Positions 31,305 to 42,368 of a stretch of DNA of 64,000 nucleotides are shown here, one piece after another. The stretch covers positions 4,912 to 68,911 of the forward strand of contig MHGF01000038.1 in the NCBI GenBank assembly GCA_001805445.1. The letters are read 5' to 3'. The position numbers and the translations under genes are program-made. Position 1 is the stretch's first letter. The number at the start of each line of letters is the position of its first letter. Source of the stretch: Omnitrophica WOR_2 bacterium GWF2_43_52 (lineage in GTDB: Bacteria > Omnitrophota > Gorgyraeia > Gygaellales > UBA12090). Under the pieces are notes generated by a model that made no database searches, was not told the origin of the DNA, and saw only the letters and a list, made by a program, of their open reading frames with translations.

Positions 31305-31337
31305 ATCCTGCTGGCCAGTGATGTAACCGCGAATAAA

Positions 31338-31389
31338 AATAACCCCCTACTTCGAAAAAAGACTCATTATTTCAAAGTACGGGGTTATT
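31338..31389 (-). terminator. Probable terminator hairpin after nifU
   Basis: aataaccccctactt / aagtacggggttatt stem followed by a T-run on the minus strand. Confidence 0.5.
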
Positions 31390-31412
31390 AAAAACTACAC
31401 AAATAATTACTG

Positions 31413-31634
31413 CTACGCTGCCTCGACTCGTTTTACCTCCGGAACTTCCTGCTTAATGATACGCTCAACGCCCATTTTAAGGGTCATCGCGCTCATAGGA
31501 CATCCGCCACAAGCACCGGTAAGGCGGATTTTGACTACTCCGTCATCTGTTATATCCACAAGCTCTGCTGAGCCGCCGTCAGCAGCCAGCATTGACCTGA
31601 CTTTTTCAAGTGCCTTGAGAACTTTATCTCTCAT
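31413..31634 (-). CDS. NifU/Nfu-family Fe-S scaffold, copy 1
   Basis: VRSMLAADGG..LTGACGGCPMS..TLKMGVE. Confidence 0.9.
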   Translation of the reverse strand: MRDKVLKALEKVRSMLAADGGSAELVDITDDGVVKIRLTGACGGCPMSAMTLKMGVERIIKQEVPEVKRVEAA

Positions 31635-31911
31635 GGTAAACCTCCTCAATGCCCGACATAACCTACGCCTGCCTACTGCTTGAGGCAGTAAGCTTTTATT
31701 TTCATAAGAGTGGCATACGTTCCGCCGGAGCTGATCCCGCCGAATGCATTAAAATTATACCGCGTGATATCCCTTCCTATCCTAAAAGGAAGAGGTTTAT
31801 CCCAAGAGAATTTTAGTGCGGCTTAGGTGACGGGATATTCATTGTATCTACTCTTAAAATTTATGCTCTTACTAATATCATACCCCACAATTACTTTTTC
31901 GGCAAGGATTT

Positions 31912-32637
31912 CTATTTTCTCTGCCGGCATACTTCATAGCAAACAATTCCTGAGGCGATAGCAGCATTAAATGATAACGCTGCCCCCTTGGCAGGGATGG
32001 TAAAGGTAACATCAAGTTGCTTTAATAAGCCGTGGCGGATGCCTTTTGCTTCTGAACCAATAACTAAGCCCAAAGGGAAGGTAAAATGTACTTTCGGTAA
32101 AGCCTGGCCGCCACCAACCATTGCGCCCGCGATAGAGTATCCACACTGCTTTGCCTCATTTATTGCCGATGACAAATTCGTTACCTGCGTAATAGAAACA
32201 TAGTTTTCACCACCTGAGGCAACACGCAATACCGCCTCAGTAATCTCTACAGAATCATGCTTCGGTAATACTATGGCAAAACCACCGAAGCAGGCCGCGC
32301 TGCGGAGGATACTTCCGAAATTCTGCGGGTCATTGAGGCTATCCAGGAAAATAAGTGTAGGGAGTTTTTCTTGCGGCAGAGAAAGGATAGCATCGAGTGT
32401 CGTATAGTAAAACTTCTCCACATCAGCGATAATCCCTTGGGCGCGGATATTTCTTGAAATCTTCTCAAAGTCCCTTTCCGAAAGATAACGAATAGGAATA
32501 CGCTTTAACTTACAAAGCTGCTCTAGCCCTTTTACATCCTGGCTCTTATCAATAAGAACATGATGTATCGTCTCTGGATTTACCTTGAGGCGTTCAGAAA
32601 CGGAATTCCTGCCATATAATCGAAAAAACTGTCCCAT
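31912..32637 (-). CDS. rlmB: TrmH/SpoU-family rRNA methyltransferase (RlmB-like)
   Basis: LDSLNDPQNFGSILRS, VIGSEAKG, SFNAAIA. Confidence 0.8.
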   Translation of the reverse strand: MGQFFRLYGRNSVSERLKVNPETIHHVLIDKSQDVKGLEQLCKLKRIPIRYLSERDFEKISRNIRAQGIIADVEKFYYTTLDAILSLPQEKLPTLIFLDSLNDPQNFGSILRSAACFGGFAIVLPKHDSVEITEAVLRVASGGENYVSITQVTNLSSAINEAKQCGYSIAGAMVGGGQALPKVHFTFPLGLVIGSEAKGIRHGLLKQLDVTFTIPAKGAALSFNAAIASGIVCYEVCRQRK

Positions 32638-32638
32638 A

Positions 32639-32866
32639 GTGCTCCGTCAAATTAATTCTTATGGATAGGCGGAATTTGACTCCGCACTTCCGCTATGGGG
32701 GCAAGCCCCCCTTCGGCGCTCTCCGCCTACGGCGGATCGCTGAGCACCCCCCAATCGCGGGGAAAATATTTCCCCGCGCCCCTTTTCGTACACCGTCACA
32801 CTAATAAAAACTAATTTGATGGTGTACGAGTGCTCCGTTAACTTAATTTTTATGGGTAAAGCGAAA
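32639..32866. repeat. Composite intergenic repeat: direct repeats enclosing stacked hairpins
   Basis: gtgctccgtcaaattaatt and gtgctccgttaacttaatt (third copy at 15757); gcggggaaaatatttccccgc; tcgtacaccgtca / tgatggtgtacga. Confidence 0.7.
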
Positions 32867-32897
32867 GTGCCTCAACTATAACCGTAGAAGTGTATGC

Positions 32898-33137
32898 TTA
32901 CTCTAAAATATCTCCAACGATAGAGTCTATAATGACTCCTGCTTTTTTTAAAAACTCAATCCCCTTATCTAAATCCTGTTCTTTGCCCTCCAACTCCAAT
33001 ACTAATTCTCCAACAGTTTCAGTAACCTTTGCCCGGCGGATATTAGGCAAAATGTTATACTTTTTTGCCATCTGAAAGGTAAGCGGCTCTTTGACCAAAT
33101 CTTGCGGAAAGGTAAGTTTTATCACTCGTTTTGCCAT
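32898..33137 (-). CDS. NIL-domain protein
   Basis: KLTFP..VKEP......YNILPNIRRAKV....GELVLELEG. Confidence 0.85.
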   Translation of the reverse strand: MAKRVIKLTFPQDLVKEPLTFQMAKKYNILPNIRRAKVTETVGELVLELEGKEQDLDKGIEFLKKAGVIIDSIVGDILE

Positions 33138-33254
33138 TTATTTTTCTCCTTTACACAAGCACAGATGCGCGCGGATGAAAAGATACAGATAATCACAGAT
33201 ATATGCTATCTGCGATCATCCACGGTTTTAAATCTGCAAGTATCTGCGCATTTT

Positions 33255-34079
33255 TTATTTTACGGAACAATCACGATTTGCCTTTATACTACAGAATTCC
33301 TGATAATCAATCAACTTGGTAATTTTGGGATGTGTAGAGCACACCAGGCAATCCTTATCTTTAGGGACCTTTACGGCCCTAAAAGTTGAATCTAAGGCGT
33401 TGAATATGAGAAGCCTTCCTGCCAAAAGATTTCCTGCCTGCAGGATAAATTTCAATACCTCATTTGCCTGTAAAACCCCTAATACCCCTGCGACCGCTCC
33501 TAAAATTCCGCCCTCCTGACAACTGGGCACTGCCCCCGGAGGTGGAGGCTCAGGGAATAAACACCTATAGCACGGGCCTACTCCCGGGACAATAGTCATA
33601 ATCTGCCCGTCAAAACGGAATATCCCGGCGTGCACCAAAGGTTTTTTGGCAATCACGCAGGCGTCATTTACCAGGTAGCGGGTAGGAAAATTATCCGAGC
33701 CATCCACCACAATATCATAATCCTTGATAATATCCAAAATATTGCTTGAATCTAACCGCACATGGTGGGTTATCACGTGTACATCCGGATTCAGCGCTTT
33801 AAGCCGCGCTTTCCCGGATTCAACTTTTGGGGTTCCTACACTCTCGGTAGTATGCAGGATTTGCCTTTGCAGGTTATTTAATTCTACATTATCAGAATCA
33901 ACGATACCAATCGTCCCCACCCCCGCGGCCGCCAGATAAAAATCACAGGGCGCGCCAAGCCCCCCGGTACCAATTACCAAAACCTTTGCTTTTAAAATCT
34001 TATCCTGCCCCTTGCCTCCGACATTCGGCAGTATTATCTGCCGGGAATATCTTTCTATTTGCTCATTAGTTAAAGCCAT
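33255..34079 (-). CDS. moeB: MoeB/ThiF-family adenylyltransferase
   Basis: [39 protein letters not shown]. Confidence 0.9.
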   Translation of the reverse strand: MALTNEQIERYSRQIILPNVGGKGQDKILKAKVLVIGTGGLGAPCDFYLAAAGVGTIGIVDSDNVELNNLQRQILHTTESVGTPKVESGKARLKALNPDVHVITHHVRLDSSNILDIIKDYDIVVDGSDNFPTRYLVNDACVIAKKPLVHAGIFRFDGQIMTIVPGVGPCYRCLFPEPPPPGAVPSCQEGGILGAVAGVLGVLQANEVLKFILQAGNLLAGRLLIFNALDSTFRAVKVPKDKDCLVCSTHPKITKLIDYQEFCSIKANRDCSVK

Positions 34080-34450
34080 ATCTGGAACTCCTTTGACTCG
34101 TTCGTCACTACGTTTCTCACTCGCTCAGGATGGTTCAACTCAACAATGGTGAGCGAGCGCAAGCGAGTCGAACTACCCCCTGCAATCGCGGGAATTATTG
34201 ATACTTCATTTCCCTCAGAAAGTGCCGTCTCGTCCTGTTTCAGGAAACGAATATCCTCATCGTTCACATAGAAATTAATAAATCTTCTGATTTTTCCGCT
34301 TTCATCCAAAAGCCTTTCCTTAATTCCCGGAAATTGCTTTTCCAAATCCACAATTAATTCCCTGATATTTCCTGCCTCTGCCGTTACCTCTTGCTTATTC
34401 TGAGCAATCTTCTGCAGTGGAGCCGGAATCCTCACCTTTACTTTAGCCAT
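34070..34450 (-). CDS. MoaD/CysO-like sulfur carrier with a 34-aa extension after Gly-Gly
   Basis: VRIPAPL...[14 protein letters not shown]...[10 protein letters not shown]|SSTRL... Confidence 0.85.
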   Translation of the reverse strand: MAKVKVRIPAPLQKIAQNKQEVTAEAGNIRELIVDLEKQFPGIKERLLDESGKIRRFINFYVNDEDIRFLKQDETALSEGNEVSIIPAIAGGSSTRLRSLTIVELNHPERVRNVVTNESKEFQIWL

Positions 34451-34594
34451 TTCACCCTCCTGTTAACTATCAATAAGTGTGGGTCAATAGTCTATAGCCG
34501 ATAGTCTATCCTTTAGTTTTTCTATTGACCATCGACTATCGACCTTCAAATATCATCTACAACGTATAATTTATAACTCATAACTTCTCGCTTC

Positions 34595-35869
34595 TTATAT
34601 ATAATACTCAATCACCTTGTTCTGCGCTATTTTCTGCTTCTCGCCATTTTTGAAATGCTCCTCAAAGCCGGCTAAATTCGGTTTAATCTTAATCAACTTA
34701 GGCAATGACTTTGTAACCACCTCCTGAGTTTTTAAGCCATTTCCGGTAATGCAGATTACAATTGATTCATCAGAGGGTATCACCTTACTTTCAATAAGCT
34801 TTTTGGTTACCGCCAAGGTCACCCCTCCCGCAGTTTCCGTAAATATCCCTTCGGCCTTTGCCAATAATTTTATCGCCTCAATGATTTCCTCATCTGACGC
34901 CTCTTCTGCCCAACCTTTGGATTTACGCACCGTATCCACCGCGTAATAGCCATCCGCGGGATTACCGATAGCCAAGGATTTGGCTATGGTTTTTGGTTTC
35001 ACCGGACGGATAACATCGGATTTCTCTTTTATGGCAGTTACAATTGGCGCGCAGCCTTGGCCTTGGGCGCAATATACCTTGGTAGCAACCTTGTCCACAA
35101 ACCCTAACTTCTCCAATTCCTTAAAGCTTTTCCATATCTTGGTAATCAATGAACCGCCTGCTGACGGCACCACAATATGTTTGGGCAATTTCCAGTCAAG
35201 CTGTTCGGCAATTTCATACCCCATTGATTTTGAACCTTCCGCGTAATAAGGGCGGATATTAATATTCACAAATGCCCAGCGGTATTTAGAAGCGATTTCT
35301 GAACAAAGCCGATTTACCTCATCATAATTTCCTTCAATGCCGATAAGATAAGGATTATAAATAAGCGAGGCCACTACCTTTCCCGCTTCAAGGTCAGCAG
35401 GGATAAAGATAAATGCCCGCAGGCCACACAATGCCGCCTGGGCAGAAACCGAATTTGCCAGATTTCCCGTTGACGCGCAAGCCACCGTATCAAAACCGAA
35501 TTCTTTGGCCTTGGAAACAGCAACCGAAACTACTCTATCCTTAAATGACAGCGTAGGATGATTCACCGAATCGTCTTTAAGATAAAGTTCTTTTACACCC
35601 AAAACCTTCGCTAAATTATTCGCTTTTATTAACGGGGTAAATCCTGATGCTATACCGACGGCAGGTTCTTTATCTATCGGTAAAAGCTCTTTATAACGCC
35701 ACATCGTCTTAGGACGGTCTTTTAATGCCTCTTTGGTGAAGCTCTTTTTAATCTTTGAATAATCATAATCGACCTCCAAAGAGCCAAAACAATATTCGCA
35801 GACGAATAAGACATCTTTAGGATACTCACGTCCGCATTCCCGACATCTTAAGCCTAATACATAGCTCAT
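34595..35869 (-). CDS. Threonine-synthase-like PLP enzyme (possibly a sulfur-carrier-dependent homocysteine synthase)
   Basis: CRECG..CEYC, PTLSFKDR, CASTGN, ITGNGLK; directly upstream of moaD-moeB. Confidence 0.8.
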   Translation of the reverse strand: MSYVLGLRCRECGREYPKDVLFVCEYCFGSLEVDYDYSKIKKSFTKEALKDRPKTMWRYKELLPIDKEPAVGIASGFTPLIKANNLAKVLGVKELYLKDDSVNHPTLSFKDRVVSVAVSKAKEFGFDTVACASTGNLANSVSAQAALCGLRAFIFIPADLEAGKVVASLIYNPYLIGIEGNYDEVNRLCSEIASKYRWAFVNINIRPYYAEGSKSMGYEIAEQLDWKLPKHIVVPSAGGSLITKIWKSFKELEKLGFVDKVATKVYCAQGQGCAPIVTAIKEKSDVIRPVKPKTIAKSLAIGNPADGYYAVDTVRKSKGWAEEASDEEIIEAIKLLAKAEGIFTETAGGVTLAVTKKLIESKVIPSDESIVICITGNGLKTQEVVTKSLPKLIKIKPNLAGFEEHFKNGEKQKIAQNKVIEYYI

Positions 35870-35966
35870 CAGGTCTCCCTATGTTAAAAATAATGTTTCG
35901 TGTACCGTTTACCATATCGGTACACGGTAAGCGGTACACGGTACACGCAACAATTATTCTTACGTA

Positions 35967-38390
35967 TTAACTATCAACCCATTTCTTCACTAATACCTTA
36001 TAATACCCATCAACTTTTTTTATCTCTAAAATCTCCTGGCCGTCGTTTTTTAAACTCACAGGGACATTTTGAATCGGCTCTCCTTCATCCAGGCATATCT
36101 CGATGACGTGGCCGATTTTCACATTCTCTAAATATACCTTCGCCTGGACATAATTCATCGGGCAACGTACGCCTCTTAAATTTAACGTTACCGCGGACGC
36201 GCTTTCCTCAGCCTTTACCTGGGGTGCGGGAATTTTCGGGGTAAATTTAAAGGCGCTATCCATATTCTTATAGGCATCCTTGAGCTCACCGAGCAACACG
36301 TGCGCATAGTCGTATAATTCTTTCAAGCGCCCTTTACCGAGGCTACCAGCATTCAGTTCCCAGGCTTTTTCGGTGATATCGTTAAATACCTCCGACACAA
36401 TACCACCTGAGACAAGCCTTTCCTTAAAATAGCGTAATGCCTCTAAATCATTTTTCGGCTCTAAACCAAAGGCAACCAGCAGGCTCCGGCTTGAAAAGCT
36501 TAAAACCCTATACAATTCCTTGGTTATCAGGCCTAAAGACTCCGAGTCAAAATACTCCTTGGCTGCTTTGAGAGAATACCCCGCATCTGCTAAATCCGCT
36601 TCCATCATATCTAAGACGCCAGCCCCGCACTCACCGGGGCCAATACCTGCCAAAGAAAACTCTTCTTCTTTACCCCAGTCAAAATAATACTCTTTATTTT
36701 CCGCGTATGAGGGGCACTTCTCATACTTTTTAGCTAAATCTGCCGCCTCCTGGTAGCCGCGACGCTCTAAATAAGCGTAAAAATCTTCATTGCTATTCTT
36801 ATCGGAAATATACCCTTTCAGAAAGTCTCGCACTATATTCGGAATATCCTTTGCCGGAATAAAAGCGCATTCTTTGGCTAGCGCGGCATCATCTATCCCT
36901 ACCTTACCCCCTAAAAGCATACGGTAAAATGGTACGGAACGGTTATCAAAACGCCTGCTTGCCCCGTAAAAGCTAATCTTTCCTATCGGATGCTGGCCGC
37001 AGGAATTAGGGCAGCCGCTGATTTTAATGTTAAGTTCGGATAATTCCTTTATCCGGTTAAATCCCTCTTTATGTATCATCGCTTCAAGGGCCGCGGCAAG
37101 CCCGCGGGAATTGCAAATTCCCAAATTACAGGTTGCGGCCCCCGTGCAGGAAACAATATCTTCTATTGACTCGGCTTTGCCGGAGACTAACCCTAACTCC
37201 TTTAAACCATAATACACTTCCCCTAATTCCTCTTGGCGGATATAGGGGATAATGATATTCTGATAACTCGTGGTGCGAATCTGCCCCTTATTTAATTTTT
37301 TAAGCAAGCCGCACAATTTTTCTAAAGTATCAGAGCTTATATCTCCCAGCTCCAGGCGGATATGCGCGTAATAATACTCCGGCTGCCTGTGGCTTTGGCT
37401 ATGGCTTTGGCTATCGGAAGCCAAACCACTGCCCTCTGGCCTGTGGCTAAAAACATTTTCCGCGCGCCACTCTTTAAAGCCTTCATCATTGAACACATCT
37501 TTTTGCCCCGCGGTGCTTTTCTTTTGCAGCTCATCCGTATCAGACACAAATTCCAAAGGCTTAATGTTTTCTTGGCGCACTTGCGTTAATTCTTCTTTGT
37601 ATCTTTGCATAAACTCTTCTTTCCCAATCCGCTCAACCAAGAAGCGTAAGCGCGCCTTATGCCTGTTCTTTCTCTCTCCGTATTTATCAAACACTCTAAT
37701 GACCGCTTCGCTGACATACACACAATCGCCTACGGGGATAAACTCCTCAATGCAGAAACCGATCATGGAAGAAAAGCCCATGCCGCCTCCGGAGAAAACC
37801 TTAAAGCCGCGAGCGCCGTTCTTTTTTACCGCCACAAACCCCAAGTCGTTGATTTTTGACAAAGCGCAACATTCCGGGCAGCCGTCAAAAATAATTTTAA
37901 ACTTACGCGGCAGGTTATAATTACGCGGATTTTTCAACAAATAGCCGCTTAAGGCCGCGGAATAACTACTAGTATCAAAAACTTCCTTGGGACAAATTCC
38001 GGAAAGAGGACAATTCATTATGTTGCGTACGGTATTTCCCCCACCGCCGCGAGGGCTAAGCTCAACCTCTGCTAGTTCCCGAATCGCCTTAATCGTATCT
38101 TCTATCTTAACATTATGAATCTGTATGTCCTGGCGCGTAGTAACATGCAAATTGCCTGTGCCATATTTTCTCGCGCAATGGGCTAATTTCTCTAATTGAT
38201 GCACATATGCCTTGCCCGCGATAATGCGCACCCGTACCATAAAAAGCTTTTCTTTACGCTGCCCGTACATGCCGCGGGGGACTCTCATGGGGCGGAATTT
38301 TGCCGCGCTGATTTCGCCGGCTAAGTATCCCTGCAGGTTATTGGCGTAATGTTCCATATCGTCTATAATTTCTTGGGGTAACTTAAACAT
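35967..38390 (-). CDS. sir: Siroheme sulfite reductase fused to a C-terminal TusA domain
   Basis: TTRQDIQ, NLPRKFK, SCTGAATC, SGCPNSC; C-terminal LNLRGVRCPMNYV. Confidence 0.85.
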   Translation of the reverse strand: MFKLPQEIIDDMEHYANNLQGYLAGEISAAKFRPMRVPRGMYGQRKEKLFMVRVRIIAGKAYVHQLEKLAHCARKYGTGNLHVTTRQDIQIHNVKIEDTIKAIRELAEVELSPRGGGGNTVRNIMNCPLSGICPKEVFDTSSYSAALSGYLLKNPRNYNLPRKFKIIFDGCPECCALSKINDLGFVAVKKNGARGFKVFSGGGMGFSSMIGFCIEEFIPVGDCVYVSEAVIRVFDKYGERKNRHKARLRFLVERIGKEEFMQRYKEELTQVRQENIKPLEFVSDTDELQKKSTAGQKDVFNDEGFKEWRAENVFSHRPEGSGLASDSQSHSQSHRQPEYYYAHIRLELGDISSDTLEKLCGLLKKLNKGQIRTTSYQNIIIPYIRQEELGEVYYGLKELGLVSGKAESIEDIVSCTGAATCNLGICNSRGLAAALEAMIHKEGFNRIKELSELNIKISGCPNSCGQHPIGKISFYGASRRFDNRSVPFYRMLLGGKVGIDDAALAKECAFIPAKDIPNIVRDFLKGYISDKNSNEDFYAYLERRGYQEAADLAKKYEKCPSYAENKEYYFDWGKEEEFSLAGIGPGECGAGVLDMMEADLADAGYSLKAAKEYFDSESLGLITKELYRVLSFSSRSLLVAFGLEPKNDLEALRYFKERLVSGGIVSEVFNDITEKAWELNAGSLGKGRLKELYDYAHVLLGELKDAYKNMDSAFKFTPKIPAPQVKAEESASAVTLNLRGVRCPMNYVQAKVYLENVKIGHVIEICLDEGEPIQNVPVSLKNDGQEILEIKKVDGYYKVLVKKWVDS

Positions 38391-38515
38391 CTATCTCCTC
38401 TTAAAAGTAAATAATCGCAAGTCTCTAGTCTATAGACGATAGCCATGGTTTCTTTCTTTTATTGACTATCGGCCATCGACTATTGACCCTTCATTATTTT
38501 CTCCTTAACGCGGTT

Positions 38516-39646
38516 TTACAGCTCAAAATACTGCTGCATGCTGGCATAGCGCTCTCCGGTATCTGGTAACACAGTCACTACCGTTTTCCCTTTGCCTAAT
38601 GCTTTAGCAACTTGTAAAGCGACAAATGCCGCGGCACCGCTTGAGATACCTACAAATAATCCCTCTTCCCTCGCAAGCCTGCGGGAGGCCCTATACGCGT
38701 CATTATCAGACACCTTCACTATTTCATCGATTATTTTTAGGTTTAATATATCCGGCACAAACCCCGCTCCAATGCCTTGTATCTTATGCGGCCCAGGTTT
38801 GCCTCCGGAAAGCACAGGAGACGCCTCCGGCTCAACAGCGATAACCCTTACCTTTGGATTAATCTCCTTTAAAACCTCACCTACCCCTGTTATGGTCCCT
38901 CCGGTACCTACGCCTGCCACAAATCCATCGATTTTTTCTCCTACGGCATCAAGAATTTCCTTTGCGGTAGTCTCCCGATGAATTTTTGGATTCGCGGGAT
39001 TTTTGAACTGCTGAGGCATAAAACTGTGTGGGGTATTTTTAAGAATCTCTTCAGCCTTTTTTATTGCTCCGCTCATCCCCTCAATGCCCGGGGTAAGCAC
39101 CACCTCAGCGCCTAATGCCTTTAAAATGTAAATCCTTTCGACTGACATAGTCTCCGGCATAGTAAGCACTACATGGTAGCCTTTGACCGCGCCCACCATA
39201 GCCAAACCTATCCCGGTATTGCCTGAAGTCGGCTCAACAATCGTTGAACCCTCCTTAAGGAGCCCTTGCCTTTCCGCTTCCATAACCATTGACAGGCAAA
39301 TCCTGTCCTTAACTGAGCCGCCCGGATTAAATTGTTCTAACTTCGCATAAATAGCCGCAGAATCTTTTTCAACTATACGGTTAAACTTCACCATCGGGGT
39401 ATTACAAATAAGCTCTAAGACATTATTGGCTAATTTCGGGGACGAACCACCGCCCATAAAGAAAACCAATTCTATCCTATCGTTATCTTTTATGACACTT
39501 TTTAGAAATTCCTCACGGGCGAGTATTGTATCATTATGCTCTACCGTCACCACTTCCGGCCGGATATTTTTTTTCTTGAGTAACTCCGCGACAGAAATTC
39601 CTTCAACTAACTCTTCTTTTTTGCCATTAAGCGTTATCGTCATCAT
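38516..39646 (-). CDS. cysK: ThiS-like sulfur carrier fused in frame to cysteine synthase A
   Basis: ITLNGK...VEHN...[10 protein letters not shown] then [36 protein letters not shown]. Confidence 0.9.
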   Translation of the reverse strand: MMTITLNGKKEELVEGISVAELLKKKNIRPEVVTVEHNDTILAREEFLKSVIKDNDRIELVFFMGGGSSPKLANNVLELICNTPMVKFNRIVEKDSAAIYAKLEQFNPGGSVKDRICLSMVMEAERQGLLKEGSTIVEPTSGNTGIGLAMVGAVKGYHVVLTMPETMSVERIYILKALGAEVVLTPGIEGMSGAIKKAEEILKNTPHSFMPQQFKNPANPKIHRETTAKEILDAVGEKIDGFVAGVGTGGTITGVGEVLKEINPKVRVIAVEPEASPVLSGGKPGPHKIQGIGAGFVPDILNLKIIDEIVKVSDNDAYRASRRLAREEGLFVGISSGAAAFVALQVAKALGKGKTVVTVLPDTGERYASMQQYFEL

Positions 39647-39663
39647 CGCCGCTCCTTTTTTCC

Positions 39664-40935
39664 TTAATGTAATGCCTTGAGCGCATCATCTATTGTGTTA
39701 ACCGTATATCCCAAGTCTTTATCTGTGTGTACCGCTGAAATAAAACATACCTCATCCGGCGCAGGCGAAAGATACACGCCTTTTGATAATACTGAATGAA
39801 AAAATGAGGCAAATTTACTTTTATCCTGAAACCCAAAATGAAACATCGGGCCAAAATGGTTTAAGCGCGCCGAAACGCCGCTCTTTCGTAGTATCTTTTC
39901 TAACTCCTTATAAAATGCCTCACTTTTCTGGTTAAGCTTTTTATAGAAGTCTTTTGCCCTAAGCATTGTAAACGTAGCAAGCCCCGCGCTTACCGCCACC
40001 GGATTTCCCGATAACGTCCCTGCCTGATACACGCTGCCTAAGGGCGCGACCATCTCCATTATTTCCTTCTTTCCGCCAAATGCGGCCAGAGGAAACCCTC
40101 CGCCGGCAATCTTGCCCAAGCAGGTCAGGTCAGGTTTAATCTTAAAAGCCTTCTGTATACCTCCAAAGCAAAAACGAAAACCGGTAATTACTTCATCAAA
40201 TATAAGCAAGGCCCCGCATTGCTTAGTTATTTTGCGCAGGCCTGCCAGAAAGCCTTTTTCTGGCAGGATCAAGCCGGTATTGGCGGCAATCGGCTCGACA
40301 ATCACACAGGCAATATCGTTATCCCGGGAAAAGGCGTCCTGAACCTGTTCTAAATTGTTATAATCAAGCTCTATTACATTTTCCTCAAGATTCTTCGGAA
40401 TGCCCGCGCTTCGTCCGCTTAAGAAAAAATCGCTATGTCCGTGATAACATTCCTTGAATTTGACGATTTTATTTTTCTTGGTATATGCCCTTGCCAAACG
40501 GATAACTGACATTGCCGCTTCTGTGCCGGAACTTACTACACGCGCCAATTCTATGGATGGAATTGCCTGAATAATACGTTTGGCAAATTCTATCTCAAGT
40601 TTCGTCGCCGCGCCATAGCTGGTGCCTTTTTCTACCGCTTTCTTAACGCAGGCAACAACTCGAGAGTTACTATGGCCCAAAAGTAACGCCCCCCAGGACA
40701 TACAATAATCTATGTAGGTTTTACCGTCTTCACCGATGAATTTTGAGCCTGAAGCTCTCTTCACAAATACAGGAGAACCACCCACCGATTTAAAAGAACG
40801 CACAGGGCTGTTGACCCCGCCGGGGATGTATTTTTGAGCCTCTGCAAACAATCGATCATTGGTGTGCCGGTATGCCGGTGTGCCGGTATGCCGGCTAAAC
40901 TGGCTGACTCGTAAACCCGCTAACTGGTTAACCAT
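39664..40935 (-). CDS. hemL: Glutamate-1-semialdehyde 2,1-aminomutase
   Basis: [40 protein letters not shown]. Confidence 0.95.
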   Translation of the reverse strand: MVNQLAGLRVSQFSRHTGTPAYRHTNDRLFAEAQKYIPGGVNSPVRSFKSVGGSPVFVKRASGSKFIGEDGKTYIDYCMSWGALLLGHSNSRVVACVKKAVEKGTSYGAATKLEIEFAKRIIQAIPSIELARVVSSGTEAAMSVIRLARAYTKKNKIVKFKECYHGHSDFFLSGRSAGIPKNLEENVIELDYNNLEQVQDAFSRDNDIACVIVEPIAANTGLILPEKGFLAGLRKITKQCGALLIFDEVITGFRFCFGGIQKAFKIKPDLTCLGKIAGGGFPLAAFGGKKEIMEMVAPLGSVYQAGTLSGNPVAVSAGLATFTMLRAKDFYKKLNQKSEAFYKELEKILRKSGVSARLNHFGPMFHFGFQDKSKFASFFHSVLSKGVYLSPAPDEVCFISAVHTDKDLGYTVNTIDDALKALH

Positions 40936-41942
40936 TTTGCCACATCCTTCGCCCAATACGTAATAATAATGTCCGCACCAGCGCGCTTAATGGAAGTCAA
41001 AATCTCTAATGCCAAATCTCTTTCAATATCTTGTGACTTGTGACTTGTGACTTGTGACTGCGAATAGCTTTTCACCATCGCATACTCACCGCTGACATTA
41101 AACGCAGCTAATGGAACGGAAAACTTCTCTTTGGCCTTAGCGATTATATCCAGATAAGAAAGCGCCGGCTTGACCATCACTATATCCGCGCCTTCCTGAA
41201 TATCCGCTTCTATTTCCCTTAAGGCCTCGTCAGAATTTCGATAGTCCATTTGATAGGACTTCCTGTCCCCAAATTTCATCATACTTCCAGCGGCTTCCCT
41301 AAAAGGCCCGTAAAATCCCGAGGCGAATTTAGCGGAATACCCCATAATCGCTGTCTCCATAAAGCCCTTTTCATCCAGAGCTTTACGGATAGCTCCCACC
41401 TGCCCATCCATCATACTGCTGGGAGCCACAATATCCGCCCCCGCCCGGGCGTGGGAAAGCGCGATTTTGACTAAAACCTTTAGGGTCGCATCATTATCCG
41501 GTATTGCATTTAGCGATGGACGATGGACGATGGACGATGGACGACAATTTTTAAGAATTCCGCAATGCCCATGGCTGGTATATTCACACAAACATACATC
41601 AGTAATTACAACAAGCTCATCCCCGAAATTTTTCTTTAATAGCGCTACTGCCTTCTGAATGACACCATCTTCCTGATAGGCGCTTACCGCCTTTTCATCT
41701 TTATTTTTGGGAATACCAAAGAGGATAATTGAATTTATGCCTACTCGCTTTGCTTCCTCCACATCCTTAAGCAATCTATCGCCAGAAAACCTGAATATCC
41801 CCGGCATAGACTGAATTGGCTGCTTTAACTGCTTACCTTCGCGGACAAAATAAGGCATCACCAAATGTGATACCTTTAGGTTGGCTTGGGCAACCAAATC
41901 CCGTAAAGCAGCATTTTTTCTTAATCTTTTTAACCTACGCAT
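40920..41942 (-). CDS. hemB: Porphobilinogen synthase
   Basis: DVCLCEYTSHGHCG, MMDGQV, YGPFREA, MVKPAL, VSGEYAM. Confidence 0.95.
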   Translation of the reverse strand: MRRLKRLRKNAALRDLVAQANLKVSHLVMPYFVREGKQLKQPIQSMPGIFRFSGDRLLKDVEEAKRVGINSIILFGIPKNKDEKAVSAYQEDGVIQKAVALLKKNFGDELVVITDVCLCEYTSHGHCGILKNCRPSSIVHRPSLNAIPDNDATLKVLVKIALSHARAGADIVAPSSMMDGQVGAIRKALDEKGFMETAIMGYSAKFASGFYGPFREAAGSMMKFGDRKSYQMDYRNSDEALREIEADIQEGADIVMVKPALSYLDIIAKAKEKFSVPLAAFNVSGEYAMVKSYSQSQVTSHKSQDIERDLALEILTSIKRAGADIIITYWAKDVAKWLTS

Positions 41943-42354
41943 TTTCTATAACCAATTCCTCTTCAATAATCTTGCCTTCCACAATCTTAAACGAACGCAC
42001 CTGCGGCTGTCCGGGATCAGACAAAGATACAATTATATAAGAACTCTCCGGGTAAAACGCCAGTTCAATATCTCTTTGTGACGGATAGGCTTGGCTGTCA
42101 ACGTGAGAATGATATATGGCAACCATTTCTATCGCCTGCTTACGCAGTTCTTTAAACACCGCCAACTGTTCCTTAGGGTCAATATGATAACAGAGCTTGG
42201 GGCTGTCGGAAATATTAGTTAAAGGAAATATTTTTTCAATACGCGCGGCTTTACCGGCAAGGATCCCACAGGTTTCTTTCTGCGGCTCCTTAAGGCAATA
42301 AGCAAGAAGCTCGTTATACATAGCCTTTTTTATGAAAATCTTTGACTTGCGCAT
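41935..42354 (-). CDS. JAMM/Mov34 metalloprotease (Mec/QbsD/HcyD-like)
   Basis: ETCGILAG...YHSHVDSQAYPSQRD (E...HxH-x7-S-x2-D). Confidence 0.9.
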   Translation of the reverse strand: MRKSKIFIKKAMYNELLAYCLKEPQKETCGILAGKAARIEKIFPLTNISDSPKLCYHIDPKEQLAVFKELRKQAIEMVAIYHSHVDSQAYPSQRDIELAFYPESSYIIVSLSDPGQPQVRSFKIVEGKIIEEELVIENA

Positions 42355-42368
42355 TTTTGATTTTGAGC

